The position numbers were made by a program, and so were the translations under genes. A stretch of DNA of 64,000 nt from a virus. Where the stretch lies: positions 1-64,000 of the IMG/VR virus record IMGVR_UViG_3300032323_003201, one strand, 5' to 3'. Shown in pieces: positions 39,418 to 49,486 of the stretch (position 1 is its first letter; each line of letters starts with the position of its first letter). The notes below the pieces were generated by a model. It saw nothing but the letters and a program-made list of their open reading frames with translations, did no database searches and had not been told where the DNA came from.

Positions 39418-40794
39418 ATGACTATCAAGAAAAAAGTTTTATTACAGCCACTTGAAAGACTTGACCTTGAGGATGTTCAAGGCTTGCAGGATATTGTACA
39501 TGAGCAAATGAGTAGATTACTTGGGGGTTTAGTGACAAATGGGGGTGGCTTACTAAAGAAATGGAGTAGTGCAACCACTGTAAATAATACAAACCACCTA
39601 ATCAATTTCAGTAATTTTAGTTTTTTCTCTCGTTCTATCATAGGAACAGATGCTAGTCAAGGCTCTGTCTGTATCTTTGATAGTAGTTTATCAACAAATA
39701 GCACCTGTGATTTTACAACAGCTCGCTCACTAACCCAAGCTTACTATACTGCTAATTCTAGCCTTCCACCAAATCCCACAAGTGAAAGCTATGTTTCTGC
39801 AACCCATGCTCAATATTACCCACCTATCTTTGTAAAGCGTGTGCTTGCTAATGCAGAGACACAAAACAGACGATTTTGGTCAGTGGTGGATGGTGCAGAG
39901 ACTACACAAGCAATTGCAACTAGACAGATTGAAAGCACTCAATTTTATGTAGGTGTGCCAAGTGATTTGGGGGATGAGGGAGAAGCATGGTCTCTTATTG
40001 GTAGAATTACCTCTTGGTCTCTCTCTGGTAGTACAGTACAGCTCGCACTTGCAGGTATCACACCCTTCTATTTATCTGACCAGCTTGTAGGCAATTCGTT
40101 GTATGTGGATAAAACAAGTGAATGGATTGCACTTACAAATCCAAGTGGTATTGGTGGATTACAAGAAGGCATGGGTTATTTAAGATCAAGGCTTGATGAT
40201 TTGGCAGATACCTTTAGCACACTCTCAACCACTCTCACAACCTTCATGAGTAAGAAAAAGAGAGGCTCAATCACTGCCAAGCATATTCTTAATCTCACTA
40301 ACCCCTACACCAATACACTAACAATCAATCAAAACTCACTTGATGATTTCAACCTCGATATAAGACAAGATTTTGATCCTGTAGACAATGTTGGCACAAT
40401 CACCACACCCTACACAGCACAAAAGGTCAATGCAAGCAGTGATGGTGTAAAGGCAATGCTCGCAAGTTATGTTGTTCTTGTGCCACAAGCCTATGAGAAC
40501 ATGCTTTTCAATTGTACGATAAACACCATTGTGCCTATGATCGATACTGTGTCAGCTGGTGTGCTAATCGATTTTAGGGGACAAGACACTAAAGGCTTTG
40601 ATATTTTACTAGATGGTAATGAAACGAATATCACCAATGCAAACAAGGTTAGATTGATATACTATAAGGATGCAAGTGGCACAGCTCTCACAGGCTATGG
40701 CTTTAAAATTAGACGAAGAGATTACCTAAATACTGCCTACACACAAGATACCTACAATATCTCTCTATTCTCACTAGATGTCACAATAGGATAA
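39418..40794 (+). CDS. Tail/baseplate-associated structural protein
   Basis: S/T-rich ORF in the baseplate operon. Confidence 0.55.
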   Translation: MTIKKKVLLQPLERLDLEDVQGLQDIVHEQMSRLLGGLVTNGGGLLKKWSSATTVNNTNHLINFSNFSFFSRSIIGTDASQGSVCIFDSSLSTNSTCDFTTARSLTQAYYTANSSLPPNPTSESYVSATHAQYYPPIFVKRVLANAETQNRRFWSVVDGAETTQAIATRQIESTQFYVGVPSDLGDEGEAWSLIGRITSWSLSGSTVQLALAGITPFYLSDQLVGNSLYVDKTSEWIALTNPSGIGGLQEGMGYLRSRLDDLADTFSTLSTTLTTFMSKKKRGSITAKHILNLTNPYTNTLTINQNSLDDFNLDIRQDFDPVDNVGTITTPYTAQKVNASSDGVKAMLASYVVLVPQAYENMLFNCTINTIVPMIDTVSAGVLIDFRGQDTKGFDILLDGNETNITNANKVRLIYYKDASGTALTGYGFKIRRRDYLNTAYTQDTYNISLFSLDVTIG

Positions 40795-40797
40795 AAC

Positions 40798-42411
40798 ATG
40801 ATTACTACATACACAAGCAGTCAAACTAACCCTCTAGCAAGTCAACATGATAAGATTATTGATCTAGGTAGTGTGAGTTTACCACAAACAGGCATCCAAT
40901 TGTATGGACAAGCTCAAGATAGCAATCACCCATCAGCCAGCTTTCTTTATTCATGGACACTGTCAAAGCCAAGTGGTAGTAATGCATCCTTGAGTAGTAG
41001 CACCATCCAAAACCCCATCCTTAACAATGTTGATATTTGGGGGAATTACAGAGTCTTTTTGATTGCTACCAACACAAGCACAGGTGAGCGAAGTCAGAGC
41101 GATGCTATTATTGCACCATCCACTTCTTTTGTTCATGTTCGTGTCCTATCAGAGAGTAAGGGTCTTCAGAAGCCTGCTGTTGGTGAAAGAAATTGGCAAT
41201 CAAGCTTTAATGACCTAGTGGATAGTGTAGAGAATGATATTGGTGGAGCATCTAGCATGGCACAGCTCACAGATGTAGACACCACTGGCAAGGCTCAAGG
41301 TAAATATGTGAGATATGATGAAGCTAGTCAAAAATTTACCATGCAAGACGCAGATCAAATCATATCTATCCCCCCTGCACTAAATGACCTTTCAGATGTG
41401 AGTGTGTCTAGTGCAACACAGGGTCAAGTGTTGGTGCGTGGTGCAAGTGAATGGGTGGCACAGGATTTAAATGTAAGTGGTGGTGCAACCAAATTGAATG
41501 ATCTTACAGATTGTGCGAATGTCAGTAGTTATCCTTTGAGTGGGGAAATCCTTATGTATGACTCTGCACAAGGGTGGAAAAACCAAAGCATACCATCTGC
41601 ACCAAGTCAAAATTTAAATGTGGGTGCAAACGATGTTATTCTGCCTATCACAGTGGTTGACCTTGCAAATGATAAGCTTTCTTTTCATGGCACAAGTGGT
41701 GAGATTGATGTAGTAAAGACTAAAAGTGGCAATGACCTTAGAATCACCATGAGCCTACCTTCGTCCATTAGTGCAAATGCAAGCACAGCCACAAAGCTTG
41801 CCACAACTCGCTTGATTTCTATTACTGGTGCAGTCAGTGGATCTGCCAGCTTTGATGGAAGTGCACCTATCACAATTGATACAACTTCAAATATCAGCAT
41901 ACCTGCACAGTGGATTACATATAGCCAACAATCAACAGCCACGATTGCTGTGGCTACTAAGGACATATCTAATCCAAATCTAACAGGTGCATTTAGTGAA
42001 GGCACTTTATCAAAGGATTTTAGTAGTGAAATTGCTTTACACCCCCACCTAGTATGGAGAAACAACACAGGCACAACCATTAAGATTACATACATTGACC
42101 TTGTTGTCTTTAGTGGTGGGTCTCAAGATGGTGATGCAGCACCTGCAGATGAGTATACCTTCTCACTTGTGAAATGTGTGACACCTGAAGCACTCGCTTT
42201 AAATACATGGGTTGACCAAAATGTATTAATAGAAGCGATAAGATCCTCCAATGTTAACTATAAAAATCATCGACCCTTACCAGCTTATTTGGATTTGAAT
42301 ACAAACCCTGTGTCTATTCCTAATGGTCAATGGTTTGGGATTAAAGTTTTATCTCACCCTTACCATCATGGCTATGGTCTAGCAGGCACAATCACTGCCT
42401 ATTTAGCATAG
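40798..42411 (+). CDS. Tail fibre-like protein
   Basis: Ig/PKD-like YSWTL.KPSGS, repeated L.DL.DV motifs, and one ATKLATTRLISITGAVSGSASFDGS repeat shared with the 1549-aa fibre. Confidence 0.7.
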   Translation: MITTYTSSQTNPLASQHDKIIDLGSVSLPQTGIQLYGQAQDSNHPSASFLYSWTLSKPSGSNASLSSSTIQNPILNNVDIWGNYRVFLIATNTSTGERSQSDAIIAPSTSFVHVRVLSESKGLQKPAVGERNWQSSFNDLVDSVENDIGGASSMAQLTDVDTTGKAQGKYVRYDEASQKFTMQDADQIISIPPALNDLSDVSVSSATQGQVLVRGASEWVAQDLNVSGGATKLNDLTDCANVSSYPLSGEILMYDSAQGWKNQSIPSAPSQNLNVGANDVILPITVVDLANDKLSFHGTSGEIDVVKTKSGNDLRITMSLPSSISANASTATKLATTRLISITGAVSGSASFDGSAPITIDTTSNISIPAQWITYSQQSTATIAVATKDISNPNLTGAFSEGTLSKDFSSEIALHPHLVWRNNTGTTIKITYIDLVVFSGGSQDGDAAPADEYTFSLVKCVTPEALALNTWVDQNVLIEAIRSSNVNYKNHRPLPAYLDLNTNPVSIPNGQWFGIKVLSHPYHHGYGLAGTITAYLA

Positions 42412-42424
42412 AAAGGATTAGATC

Positions 42425-43261
42425 ATGGAAACTGGCTTTGGCTCACCTACCTATCCCAAGGTTTTTGATAATGGCTTTGGCTCACCATATAGCACCATAC
42501 AAAGAGACACTGGCTTTGGCTCACCCTATGATCTATCTGTATCTAGTAGCTCACTTAGTCAAGTGCTTGTCCCCAACCATGGTGGCACTAGACTTCATAT
42601 CTATGCAGATTGGAAAACCCTAGCAAGCACTACTCGCTATCCCTTTGTTGTGGGTGGCTTTAGGGTGTCTTTCCTAGATAGCATGGGTCTAGTGAAGGCT
42701 GTATCTCATGGGGGTTTTCCCAAGTCTATGGGTGTGTGCTATACAGATGTTTGGCAAACAATGCTTGTGTGCTATGTGCCACCTCTTATCAAAGGCACAT
42801 ATTCAATTTTAGTAGAGTGGGGAAATAACAAAAGCTTGAAGCTTGATGACTCGCTTGTAGTGGTGGATAAATTTAGAGCATCATCTGTTTATTCTATGAG
42901 AAAGCAACTACCACCTTCTTTGGCAACAGGTGCTAGAGATAGTAGACTTGACCCAATCGCACAGGATGAATTTGATTTTGGTGTGCTAGAAAGTCTATTG
43001 CTCACAGTGGGTGAACAAATCCACAACCTCGTAGGCCAACCCACCACAATTCTTTCTATGGATTTTGATGATATTCATGATTTGGTCTTACATGTAGAGA
43101 GTACACTTGGCTTTCCAGAGCAAGGCTCTCTCTTTGTAGAGAATAGAAGATTTACATATACAAGCAAGACAAATACCAGCTTTATTGGTCTTGCTTTTAC
43201 CAAGCTGGCATTGCCAATTTTAAGAGGGGGGGTTGTATCCTATGCTGTCTCCAATAGCTAA
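42425..43261 (+). CDS. Structural/baseplate-associated protein
   Basis: GFGSP x3 at the N-terminus and a VESTLGFPEQG motif seen in virion proteins. Confidence 0.5.
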   Translation: METGFGSPTYPKVFDNGFGSPYSTIQRDTGFGSPYDLSVSSSSLSQVLVPNHGGTRLHIYADWKTLASTTRYPFVVGGFRVSFLDSMGLVKAVSHGGFPKSMGVCYTDVWQTMLVCYVPPLIKGTYSILVEWGNNKSLKLDDSLVVVDKFRASSVYSMRKQLPPSLATGARDSRLDPIAQDEFDFGVLESLLLTVGEQIHNLVGQPTTILSMDFDDIHDLVLHVESTLGFPEQGSLFVENRRFTYTSKTNTSFIGLAFTKLALPILRGGVVSYAVSNS

Positions 43262-44048
43262 AGCAGACCAAATCAAGAATGAAACTCTTTTACATAGAGC
43301 AAGTGGGATTGATTTCCAACGAATGCTTTCTCTCTATGGCTTTCATCGCTTGCCTTTTATCCCTGAGCAATATGTCAGAGAAGCTCTACGATCAGTGGCT
43401 TTTGGTGCAAGAGGCACAATAGGCACTGCCTTTGCCTTCTTTAAAAATTTACTACAAGGTTGGATTGATAGCACAGAAATACAAGTGCTTTCAATTGGTA
43501 GTCGCACACTACAAGGCACAGGCTTTCATACTAGATATGAGGGTAGGTGGTGTGAGATAGATGGTGTCATCCACTACATAGAAAGGGTCAGTGGATCTAC
43601 CAATCTTATTTTTAGTGATATATCCACAAGCTTGTGGAAAAAGGCTAGCTTTAAGGCTGGTGATACATACACAATCAAAATTCTACCTTTTTGGGTTGCA
43701 CAAGACGATTTAGGCTTGCTTGGGATTTACATTGATGGGTCTATATTCAGTGCACCTACCACATACATGAGAGTAGATGGAGAGCCAAGAGAGAATGACC
43801 CACTTGGTGGCATACTTGTACCACAAGCACAAACAAGTGATGACGCACCAGCTCTCTATTTTGCATCAACAGATATATCATCTGTGATTGAATATGCATG
43901 GGAACAGATTTTAGCTGCAGGGATAAGAGGCAAGCTTTTGTCTAGGGAATGGACACCAGAGGGTGAGCCACAAATTTTCTCATCAATTTACAATTCAAAT
44001 TTAGGTTTCTTTGGGGATATCGTGAGTGTAGAGCCTTCCAATTTTTAA
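43242..44048 (+). CDS. Putative baseplate wedge-associated protein
   Basis: Last gene of the structural operon, with ASG.DF.R....YG...GARGT and AAGI patterns. Confidence 0.45.
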   Translation: MLSPIAKADQIKNETLLHRASGIDFQRMLSLYGFHRLPFIPEQYVREALRSVAFGARGTIGTAFAFFKNLLQGWIDSTEIQVLSIGSRTLQGTGFHTRYEGRWCEIDGVIHYIERVSGSTNLIFSDISTSLWKKASFKAGDTYTIKILPFWVAQDDLGLLGIYIDGSIFSAPTTYMRVDGEPRENDPLGGILVPQAQTSDDAPALYFASTDISSVIEYAWEQILAAGIRGKLLSREWTPEGEPQIFSSIYNSNLGFFGDIVSVEPSNF

Positions 44049-44614
44049 GCTCTTGATAACTGCCTAATAATTCTCGCTCTTTCTTCCCTTGCCTCTCGAA
44101 TTGCATCATCAAGGCTCATGAGCTGATCTTGTCGTACACCATTACCTAAATCAGTGCCATCTTGAAGCACGATTTTTTGACCAAAAGCCTTGTGGAAGGG
44201 AATAGCACCTAGAAAGCGATTTCCCCATTTTTCATCTTCATGCACAAGTACATAGATATCAATGACAGTATTTTTTTTAGATTGGGGAACAAGTAAATTT
44301 GAATGTGAATATCTTACACCTTTGATATCCAAGAGGACACCATCATAATTTAAATCGCCTAAATCTGTGCCTTTGATTGCAGAGCGATTACCTGATTTAA
44401 ACACCTGCTCAATATCCAACCCAAGAGTGATGGCCATGCTTGCCTCACATACAATTCCACGAAGCTCAATAGTCTCTTGTGACTCAGTGGATTTCTTTGC
44501 ATCCTTCCACCAAGGCTTGGCTAGGTTTTCTTGGGTGCGTCTCTTGGCTGCTCTTTTGCATCTGTCCATCAAGTCATCTGGGATGGGTGCAAGTGTGTCT
44601 TTTTTTCTAAGCAT
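44045..44614 (-). CDS. Hypothetical protein, possible PD-(D/E)XK nuclease-like fold
   Basis: E...DLGD...LLDIK pattern. GGAG RBS before MLRKK, downstream of the shared promoter motif. Confidence 0.5.
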   Translation of the reverse strand: MLRKKDTLAPIPDDLMDRCKRAAKRRTQENLAKPWWKDAKKSTESQETIELRGIVCEASMAITLGLDIEQVFKSGNRSAIKGTDLGDLNYDGVLLDIKGVRYSHSNLLVPQSKKNTVIDIYVLVHEDEKWGNRFLGAIPFHKAFGQKIVLQDGTDLGNGVRQDQLMSLDDAIREAREERARIIRQLSRA

Positions 44615-44646
44615 TGTATTTCTCCAAAGTTGAAAAAGTTTTTTAG

Positions 44647-44710
44647 ATTTGCTTTGTGAGTATAGCATATAATAAAAAATGCATGTGTACAATGAAAAAG
44701 TTAAAAAATT
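44647..44710 (-). promoter_or_regulatory. Putative early promoter (shared motif)
   Basis: The minus strand reads TTTTTTAACTTTTTCATTGTAC...TGCTATACTCACAAAGCAAAT. Confidence 0.55.
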
Positions 44711-44789
44711 TAAATTTAAGTGGGTGAGGCGTTGCACCTACACCCACAAAAACAAGGCTCGATTGCCACCAACAGAATAAAGGAAAATC

Positions 44790-45230
44790 ATGAGTGTGTC
44801 AAAAGTTGTAATGAAGCCTGCTCTGCTTAGTAGAGAGCAAAAGCATGATATGCAGATAACCCCCAATTTCAATTTGCATGAGCTTGAGTTTAGATCAGTG
44901 ATACCTGATGAATATCTAAGCAATGCAAAGAGCTTATTAATTGAGCTACAAAAGGTCAGAGACGCACTAGGCAAGCCTATCATCATCACAAGTGGCTATA
45001 GGTCATCTGAATATAATAGTGAGATTGGGGGAGCTACGAAGAGCCAACATATCACAGCCAGTGCAGTTGATTGCTATGCTAGCGATATGGATATTAAAGC
45101 ATTTCACAAATTTGTGAGAGATGGTATCAAGGCAAAAAAATGGCAATTTGGGGGATTAGGCTTTTATGATCGTGGGTGGATACATGCAGATATTAGGAAA
45201 TCCCCCCACCTTGTAGAGTGGATTGGCTAG
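44790..45230 (+). CDS. Peptidase M15 (Zn D-Ala-D-Ala-type) endolysin candidate
   Basis: ITPNF...E, ITSGYRS.EYN..IGGA.KSQH...AVD and GGLGFY...WIHAD. Confidence 0.88.
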   Translation: MSVSKVVMKPALLSREQKHDMQITPNFNLHELEFRSVIPDEYLSNAKSLLIELQKVRDALGKPIIITSGYRSSEYNSEIGGATKSQHITASAVDCYASDMDIKAFHKFVRDGIKAKKWQFGGLGFYDRGWIHADIRKSPHLVEWIG

Positions 45231-45232
45231 GC

Positions 45233-46123
45233 TTATTCCCAAATTCGCCAAGCGTCTTTCTCATCAAAAGGCTCACCTTCGTCAACAAGCTCAGTGCAGC
45301 CACAATCAAGAGCGATTTGCATCAAGTCTAGTGCATCACCCTTGTCCCCACTCTCAAGAAATGACTCCCAAGCACAGAGCATGTTCTCTTGCACCCACTC
45401 TCGTGCTTGGGTCAAGGTTTTCAATTTCCCCTCTGGCAAATCATATTGATAGCCATGATTGAAACCATCACCATACACACCACAGGAATACACAGACATT
45501 TTGAAGGTGTCAGTGCTTAGGGACACAAACCAAAGCTTGTCTGCATTGGGTTGGATTGCCTTCATGCTGTCAACCAAGTCTTGGATATCAGTTGCATTTC
45601 TGATGATACGAACCATGTCCAAATACTTGGTCTTCTCTGAGATTGCATTCAAGAAGATTTGCACACCTTGACAGCTACCACGCACACCAAATGACTTGGT
45701 AATGTCAACAATGGTCACACCATTATTTGATACAGTGGTGTCCACAGTGTAGCCATTGATATCCATGGTGCTTGTCTTGATTTCTACTGCATCAATGGTT
45801 GCTTGCTTTTCTGCCTTGAGGGTTGCAAGCTTTTCTTCCAACACTTTGATTTCATCATCAATGGTAGCAACAGTTTCAGCTTGTGCAACAACAACAGGCT
45901 TGTCTTCTACCATGCCTTGTGACTCACAGAGTAAGAAGCACATTTGGACAGAGTAAGCAACTGGCACATACATGAAACCATCATCTTGACGAACAACAGA
46001 GTAGACACCTTCTAGGTGCAATTCAACATTGTACTTGCGACCAGCCTTGTCAACATAGGTGCGTACTAAGGTGGTTGGGTGGGTTTCTTTGGCTTGTGCG
46101 ATGAGTGCATTGAAGTCGATCAT
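45233..46123 (-). CDS. Hypothetical acidic protein (putative early gene)
   Basis: 296-aa ORF with AAGGA RBS, behind the shared promoter motif. Confidence 0.7.
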   Translation of the reverse strand: MIDFNALIAQAKETHPTTLVRTYVDKAGRKYNVELHLEGVYSVVRQDDGFMYVPVAYSVQMCFLLCESQGMVEDKPVVVAQAETVATIDDEIKVLEEKLATLKAEKQATIDAVEIKTSTMDINGYTVDTTVSNNGVTIVDITKSFGVRGSCQGVQIFLNAISEKTKYLDMVRIIRNATDIQDLVDSMKAIQPNADKLWFVSLSTDTFKMSVYSCGVYGDGFNHGYQYDLPEGKLKTLTQAREWVQENMLCAWESFLESGDKGDALDLMQIALDCGCTELVDEGEPFDEKDAWRIWE

Positions 46124-46153
46124 TTTTGTTTTCCTTTAGGATAAAGTTGTTTA

Positions 46154-46215
46154 GTTTGCTTTGTATATATATGTATATAGTATGTATAAAAATAAGTCAA
46201 GTAAAAAGTTAAAAA
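46154..46215 (-). promoter_or_regulatory. Putative early promoter (shared motif)
   Basis: The minus strand reads TTAACTTTTTACTTGACTTATTTT...ATACAAAGCAAAC, with the same 36-nt spacing as at 2020-2066. Confidence 0.7.
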
Positions 46216-46242
46216 AATTAACTTTTTTTAAAGAGGTGTTTT

Positions 46243-46788
46243 ATGACAGAAAAAAATGTGACCAGGTTGGGACAACATATTTATTTTTATGATGAGGTTG
46301 ACCCTGAGTCAATTCATGCTCTCTGTATGCTGCTAAAAGAGGTTGAGAGAGAAAGCAAGTGCAAGCAGGTCAATGATGGCCTTGACAATCCCCCAATCAT
46401 CCACCTTCATGTTCATAGCTATGGGGGTGATGCCTACTCTGGTCTAGCAGGTGCAAGTGCTGTGCTTGGGTGTAGTGTGCCTATTCATACATATGTAGAG
46501 GGGGGTGTGGCTAGTGCTGCTACACTGCTCACTATGGCAGGCAAGAAAAGATTTATTCACTCACTTAGCTTTATGCTGATCCACCAAATCAGCACTTGGA
46601 CACAAGGCACATATGAAAACCTACTAGACAGCAAGGACAATTCAACACAGCTCATGCAGACCTTCTACGATTTCTATGAGAGCAAATCAAAGCTCAAGGC
46701 TAAACAAATCAAAAAAATTCTAAAGCGTGATTTGTGGTTTAGTGCATCTGACTGTAAGGCTTTTGGATTGGTGGATGAAATCCTATAA
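46243..46788 (+). CDS. ClpP-like serine protease
   Basis: IHLHVHSYGGD, VEGGVASAATLL (Ser), MLIHQ (His) and RDLWF...FGLVDEIL. Confidence 0.85.
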   Translation: MTEKNVTRLGQHIYFYDEVDPESIHALCMLLKEVERESKCKQVNDGLDNPPIIHLHVHSYGGDAYSGLAGASAVLGCSVPIHTYVEGGVASAATLLTMAGKKRFIHSLSFMLIHQISTWTQGTYENLLDSKDNSTQLMQTFYDFYESKSKLKAKQIKKILKRDLWFSASDCKAFGLVDEIL

Positions 46789-46793
46789 AAAGC

Positions 46794-46821
46794 AAAAAGC
46801 CACCTTTTACAGTGGCCTTTT
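46794..46821. terminator. Possible bidirectional intrinsic terminator
   Basis: AAAAAGCCAC-loop-GTGGCCTTTT between convergent genes. Confidence 0.5.
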
Positions 46822-46874
46822 AACTTGTTCAACTCAACCCAATCAACACACAAACTGTCTTCCTATCCAAGACT

Positions 46875-47741
46875 TTAAAACTGTGCCTCTTCCCATGTCT
46901 CACAATCTTCATCAAACTTTACCATGTCATCATGAATTGTGTCAAGGAAGTCAATCAAATTTGTTTGGGTGGTAGTGTAGGCACTCTTGCCACTTGCTCT
47001 ATCATACCACTGGCACAAGGTGAAATCTTCATCATCACTTGCAATTAGTAGATATTCTGTCTTGCCATAGGTGACCAAGAGTCTGTCTTTGATACCAGGT
47101 GCACGATTGCGATTATAGGCCATGAGAAAGGTATCATCCTTGATTTCACAAGAGAGACCAAGGATCTGTGCCTTTTGGTAAGCCTCTGCAATGGTTTCTT
47201 CCTTGATACGAATTTCAGCTTGCTCTGAAGTCTCGAACAGCTCTGCCACTTGCACCTCACCATAAGCCTCATCTAGCTTGCTCATACATGAGTCAAGGTT
47301 GTGTGTCAAAAACTTGAGACTGCTCTGCAATTGGTCAACCATTTTAAAGCTGTCCTTAACCATGTTCTTGAGAGACATGACTTGATCAACACATGGACAA
47401 TCATCATCTTGCATAGCTTGGATTTCAATAGCAGCAGTTTCAATGACCTGAGCAACTTGATTGACAGTTTCAACAACAGCATCTACCAAGGTGTGTACTT
47501 GGTTTGTTGTTTCTTCTGCCACTTGTTCAAACACGATTTCAAATTGAGCGATGCCAGTCATTTTGTAGCCAAGTCTTTTAGCGATAACAACAAGGATGGG
47601 TGTAAAGGGTGAGCTGGTGATTTCATCTTGTGACAATGCATTGCCTTGTGCGTCTACTAGAGAGAAGATACAGCCTTCAGAAACGATATGAGCTTGTGCT
47701 TTGGTGCTGGTGTGTGTAAATTGAAAAATTGACTTCATCAT
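46875..47741 (-). CDS. Hypothetical acidic coiled-coil protein (putative early gene)
   Basis: 288-aa ORF with GGAG RBS, behind the shared promoter motif. Confidence 0.7.
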   Translation of the reverse strand: MMKSIFQFTHTSTKAQAHIVSEGCIFSLVDAQGNALSQDEITSSPFTPILVVIAKRLGYKMTGIAQFEIVFEQVAEETTNQVHTLVDAVVETVNQVAQVIETAAIEIQAMQDDDCPCVDQVMSLKNMVKDSFKMVDQLQSSLKFLTHNLDSCMSKLDEAYGEVQVAELFETSEQAEIRIKEETIAEAYQKAQILGLSCEIKDDTFLMAYNRNRAPGIKDRLLVTYGKTEYLLIASDDEDFTLCQWYDRASGKSAYTTTQTNLIDFLDTIHDDMVKFDEDCETWEEAQF

Positions 47742-47773
47742 TTTTTTTCTCCAAGGGAAAAAGTTTTGTTTTG

Positions 47774-47835
47774 GTTTGCTTGTGTCTTATATTTATCACT
47801 ATGCAAAAAAGAAGTCAAGTAAAAAGTAAAATTTT
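47774..47835 (-). promoter_or_regulatory. Putative early promoter (shared motif)
   Basis: The minus strand reads TTTTACTTTTTACTTGACTTC...ACACAAGCAAAC. Confidence 0.65.
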
Positions 47836-48855
47836 TTAACTTTTTTTAATCTCATCATCCCATAGCCAAAAGTTTTGATCGTTTTTTCTTCGTGTCTTGC
47901 GTGGTGGCAGACCTAGTTTTTTCACAATTGCACAGATATATGAGATAGAAACCTCAAGGGATTCAGCTATTATTTTGTTGGGGTATCCCTTTTGCCTCAT
48001 GTTTTTTATCTTCTCCAGTAGTAAGTGTGTCTTATATTTATTTATGAGAAAGTGATTTAATTTATAAGTGTAAATATATGATTTAATAGTGCTTGGAGCT
48101 TTGCATAGGATATCTGCAATCTCCTCTACACTAAGATTTTGCTCAAGCAAGCCTCTTATCTTAGAAGCAGGCACAGCCTTGTATGCAGGTGCATCCATGA
48201 CTTTGATTTGGTAGCTGCATAGGTAGGTTTGGATTGTGCGATGGGATAGACCAAGCTCACTGGCTATCTCTTTGGCACATAAACCCTCTGCCAGCTTTGC
48301 AAAGAAATATTCAGCAGGTGGCTTTTTGGTCTTCATGGTAAAGCCAGTGGTGTGCCTAATCTTAGCCACATAGCATGCTCTTGTCCCTACGAATTTAGCA
48401 ATCTGCTCATTCGTAAGACTCGTGTCATTTCCCAAATATTCAACAATCCTTGTGGCCTTGCTCTTTTTACGATTTTTATCATATAGCTCAACATAGCCAT
48501 ATTTGACAATAGCTCTTCGCACAGAGTCACGATGGACACCTAGCTTTTTAGCCATGTATGCTGTGGATTTACCAGCTAGGATCATCTTATATAGATCCTT
48601 GGGTGAGATTGCTTTAGGCTGTGGCTTGGTCTTGATATGTCCCAAATATACATAAATGAGACGCAAGATTGTGCCTTCCATTTTATGTATCTCCCCCCAA
48701 GCATCAAGACCTATCTTTTTGACAATTTTTGATTCAACCTTTTCATCCAATCCCATGCTTTCAAGCACAGGCTTGCACCTTTCAGTGAGCTGTTTCTTTA
48801 CAAGTGGGTCATCTTGCATCTCAATACAGAGAGCAAGTAATTGTAGATCATCCAT
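47836..48855 (-). CDS. Basic protein with about five tandem HTH motifs
   Basis: MAKKLGVHRDSVRR, EQIAKFVGT, KEIASELGLSHRTI, EEIADILCKAPSTI and IIAESLEVSISYI. Confidence 0.75.
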   Translation of the reverse strand: MDDLQLLALCIEMQDDPLVKKQLTERCKPVLESMGLDEKVESKIVKKIGLDAWGEIHKMEGTILRLIYVYLGHIKTKPQPKAISPKDLYKMILAGKSTAYMAKKLGVHRDSVRRAIVKYGYVELYDKNRKKSKATRIVEYLGNDTSLTNEQIAKFVGTRACYVAKIRHTTGFTMKTKKPPAEYFFAKLAEGLCAKEIASELGLSHRTIQTYLCSYQIKVMDAPAYKAVPASKIRGLLEQNLSVEEIADILCKAPSTIKSYIYTYKLNHFLINKYKTHLLLEKIKNMRQKGYPNKIIAESLEVSISYICAIVKKLGLPPRKTRRKNDQNFWLWDDEIKKS

Positions 48856-48955
48856 GTTCTTGTTTATCCTTTATGTGAGTTGGATTGACTCATGATAAAC
48901 AATTTTTTTTACTTGATTGTATCAATGAAATTGAAAAAGTTTTTTTAACTTGAAT

Positions 48956-49486
48956 TTAAATATTTTTGTACAGATTAACTGAGTTATTTAGATCTAAAAT
49001 CGTTTGCATGAATTGCTCTGGTGTGCCAACCAGTGCCTTCAATTGCTCTACGATATCAATAATTTTTATACCATTCTCATTCTCTAGTGTTACAAAATCA
49101 TGCTTGCTTAACTTTGTTACAATCGCAGGGATTTTATCTGTGCCTATGGAATAGGACATTTTAAGCCTCTTTGGTGTGATGATAAGCCTTTTCACTCGTG
49201 TGCGATACTCTTCTATATCAATATCATCCACATGAAACCAAGCATTGAAAATAAAGAATTGATCCTTATCAATCTCTAGGCTTGTTTCGAATTTGATATA
49301 GGTATTCTTACAGGACATGCCAACAGTGGTGCAAACATAACAATAAGTTTTAAAATCAAACATGCTCTTAATCATTTTAGAGAATTGCCAATGGTAGTCA
49401 GAAGCATAGGCATGGTCATCATTTGTATCTTCTGGTGTGCTAGATACGAATGTAAAGACCCTCTCATTATCAAATAGATCAAGCAT
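48956..49486 (-). CDS. Hypothetical protein
   Basis: Likely start MLDLFD, coupled to the upstream stop. Confidence 0.55.
   Translation of the reverse strand: MLDLFDNERVFTFVSSTPEDTNDDHAYASDYHWQFSKMIKSMFDFKTYCYVCTTVGMSCKNTYIKFETSLEIDKDQFFIFNAWFHVDDIDIEEYRTRVKRLIITPKRLKMSYSIGTDKIPAIVTKLSKHDFVTLENENGIKIIDIVEQLKALVGTPEQFMQTILDLNNSVNLYKNI

Noticed and set aside
42431-42530. TGGCTTTGGCTCACC x3
   Set aside because: An in-frame GFGSP peptide repeat inside a CDS, not a regulatory or CRISPR repeat.
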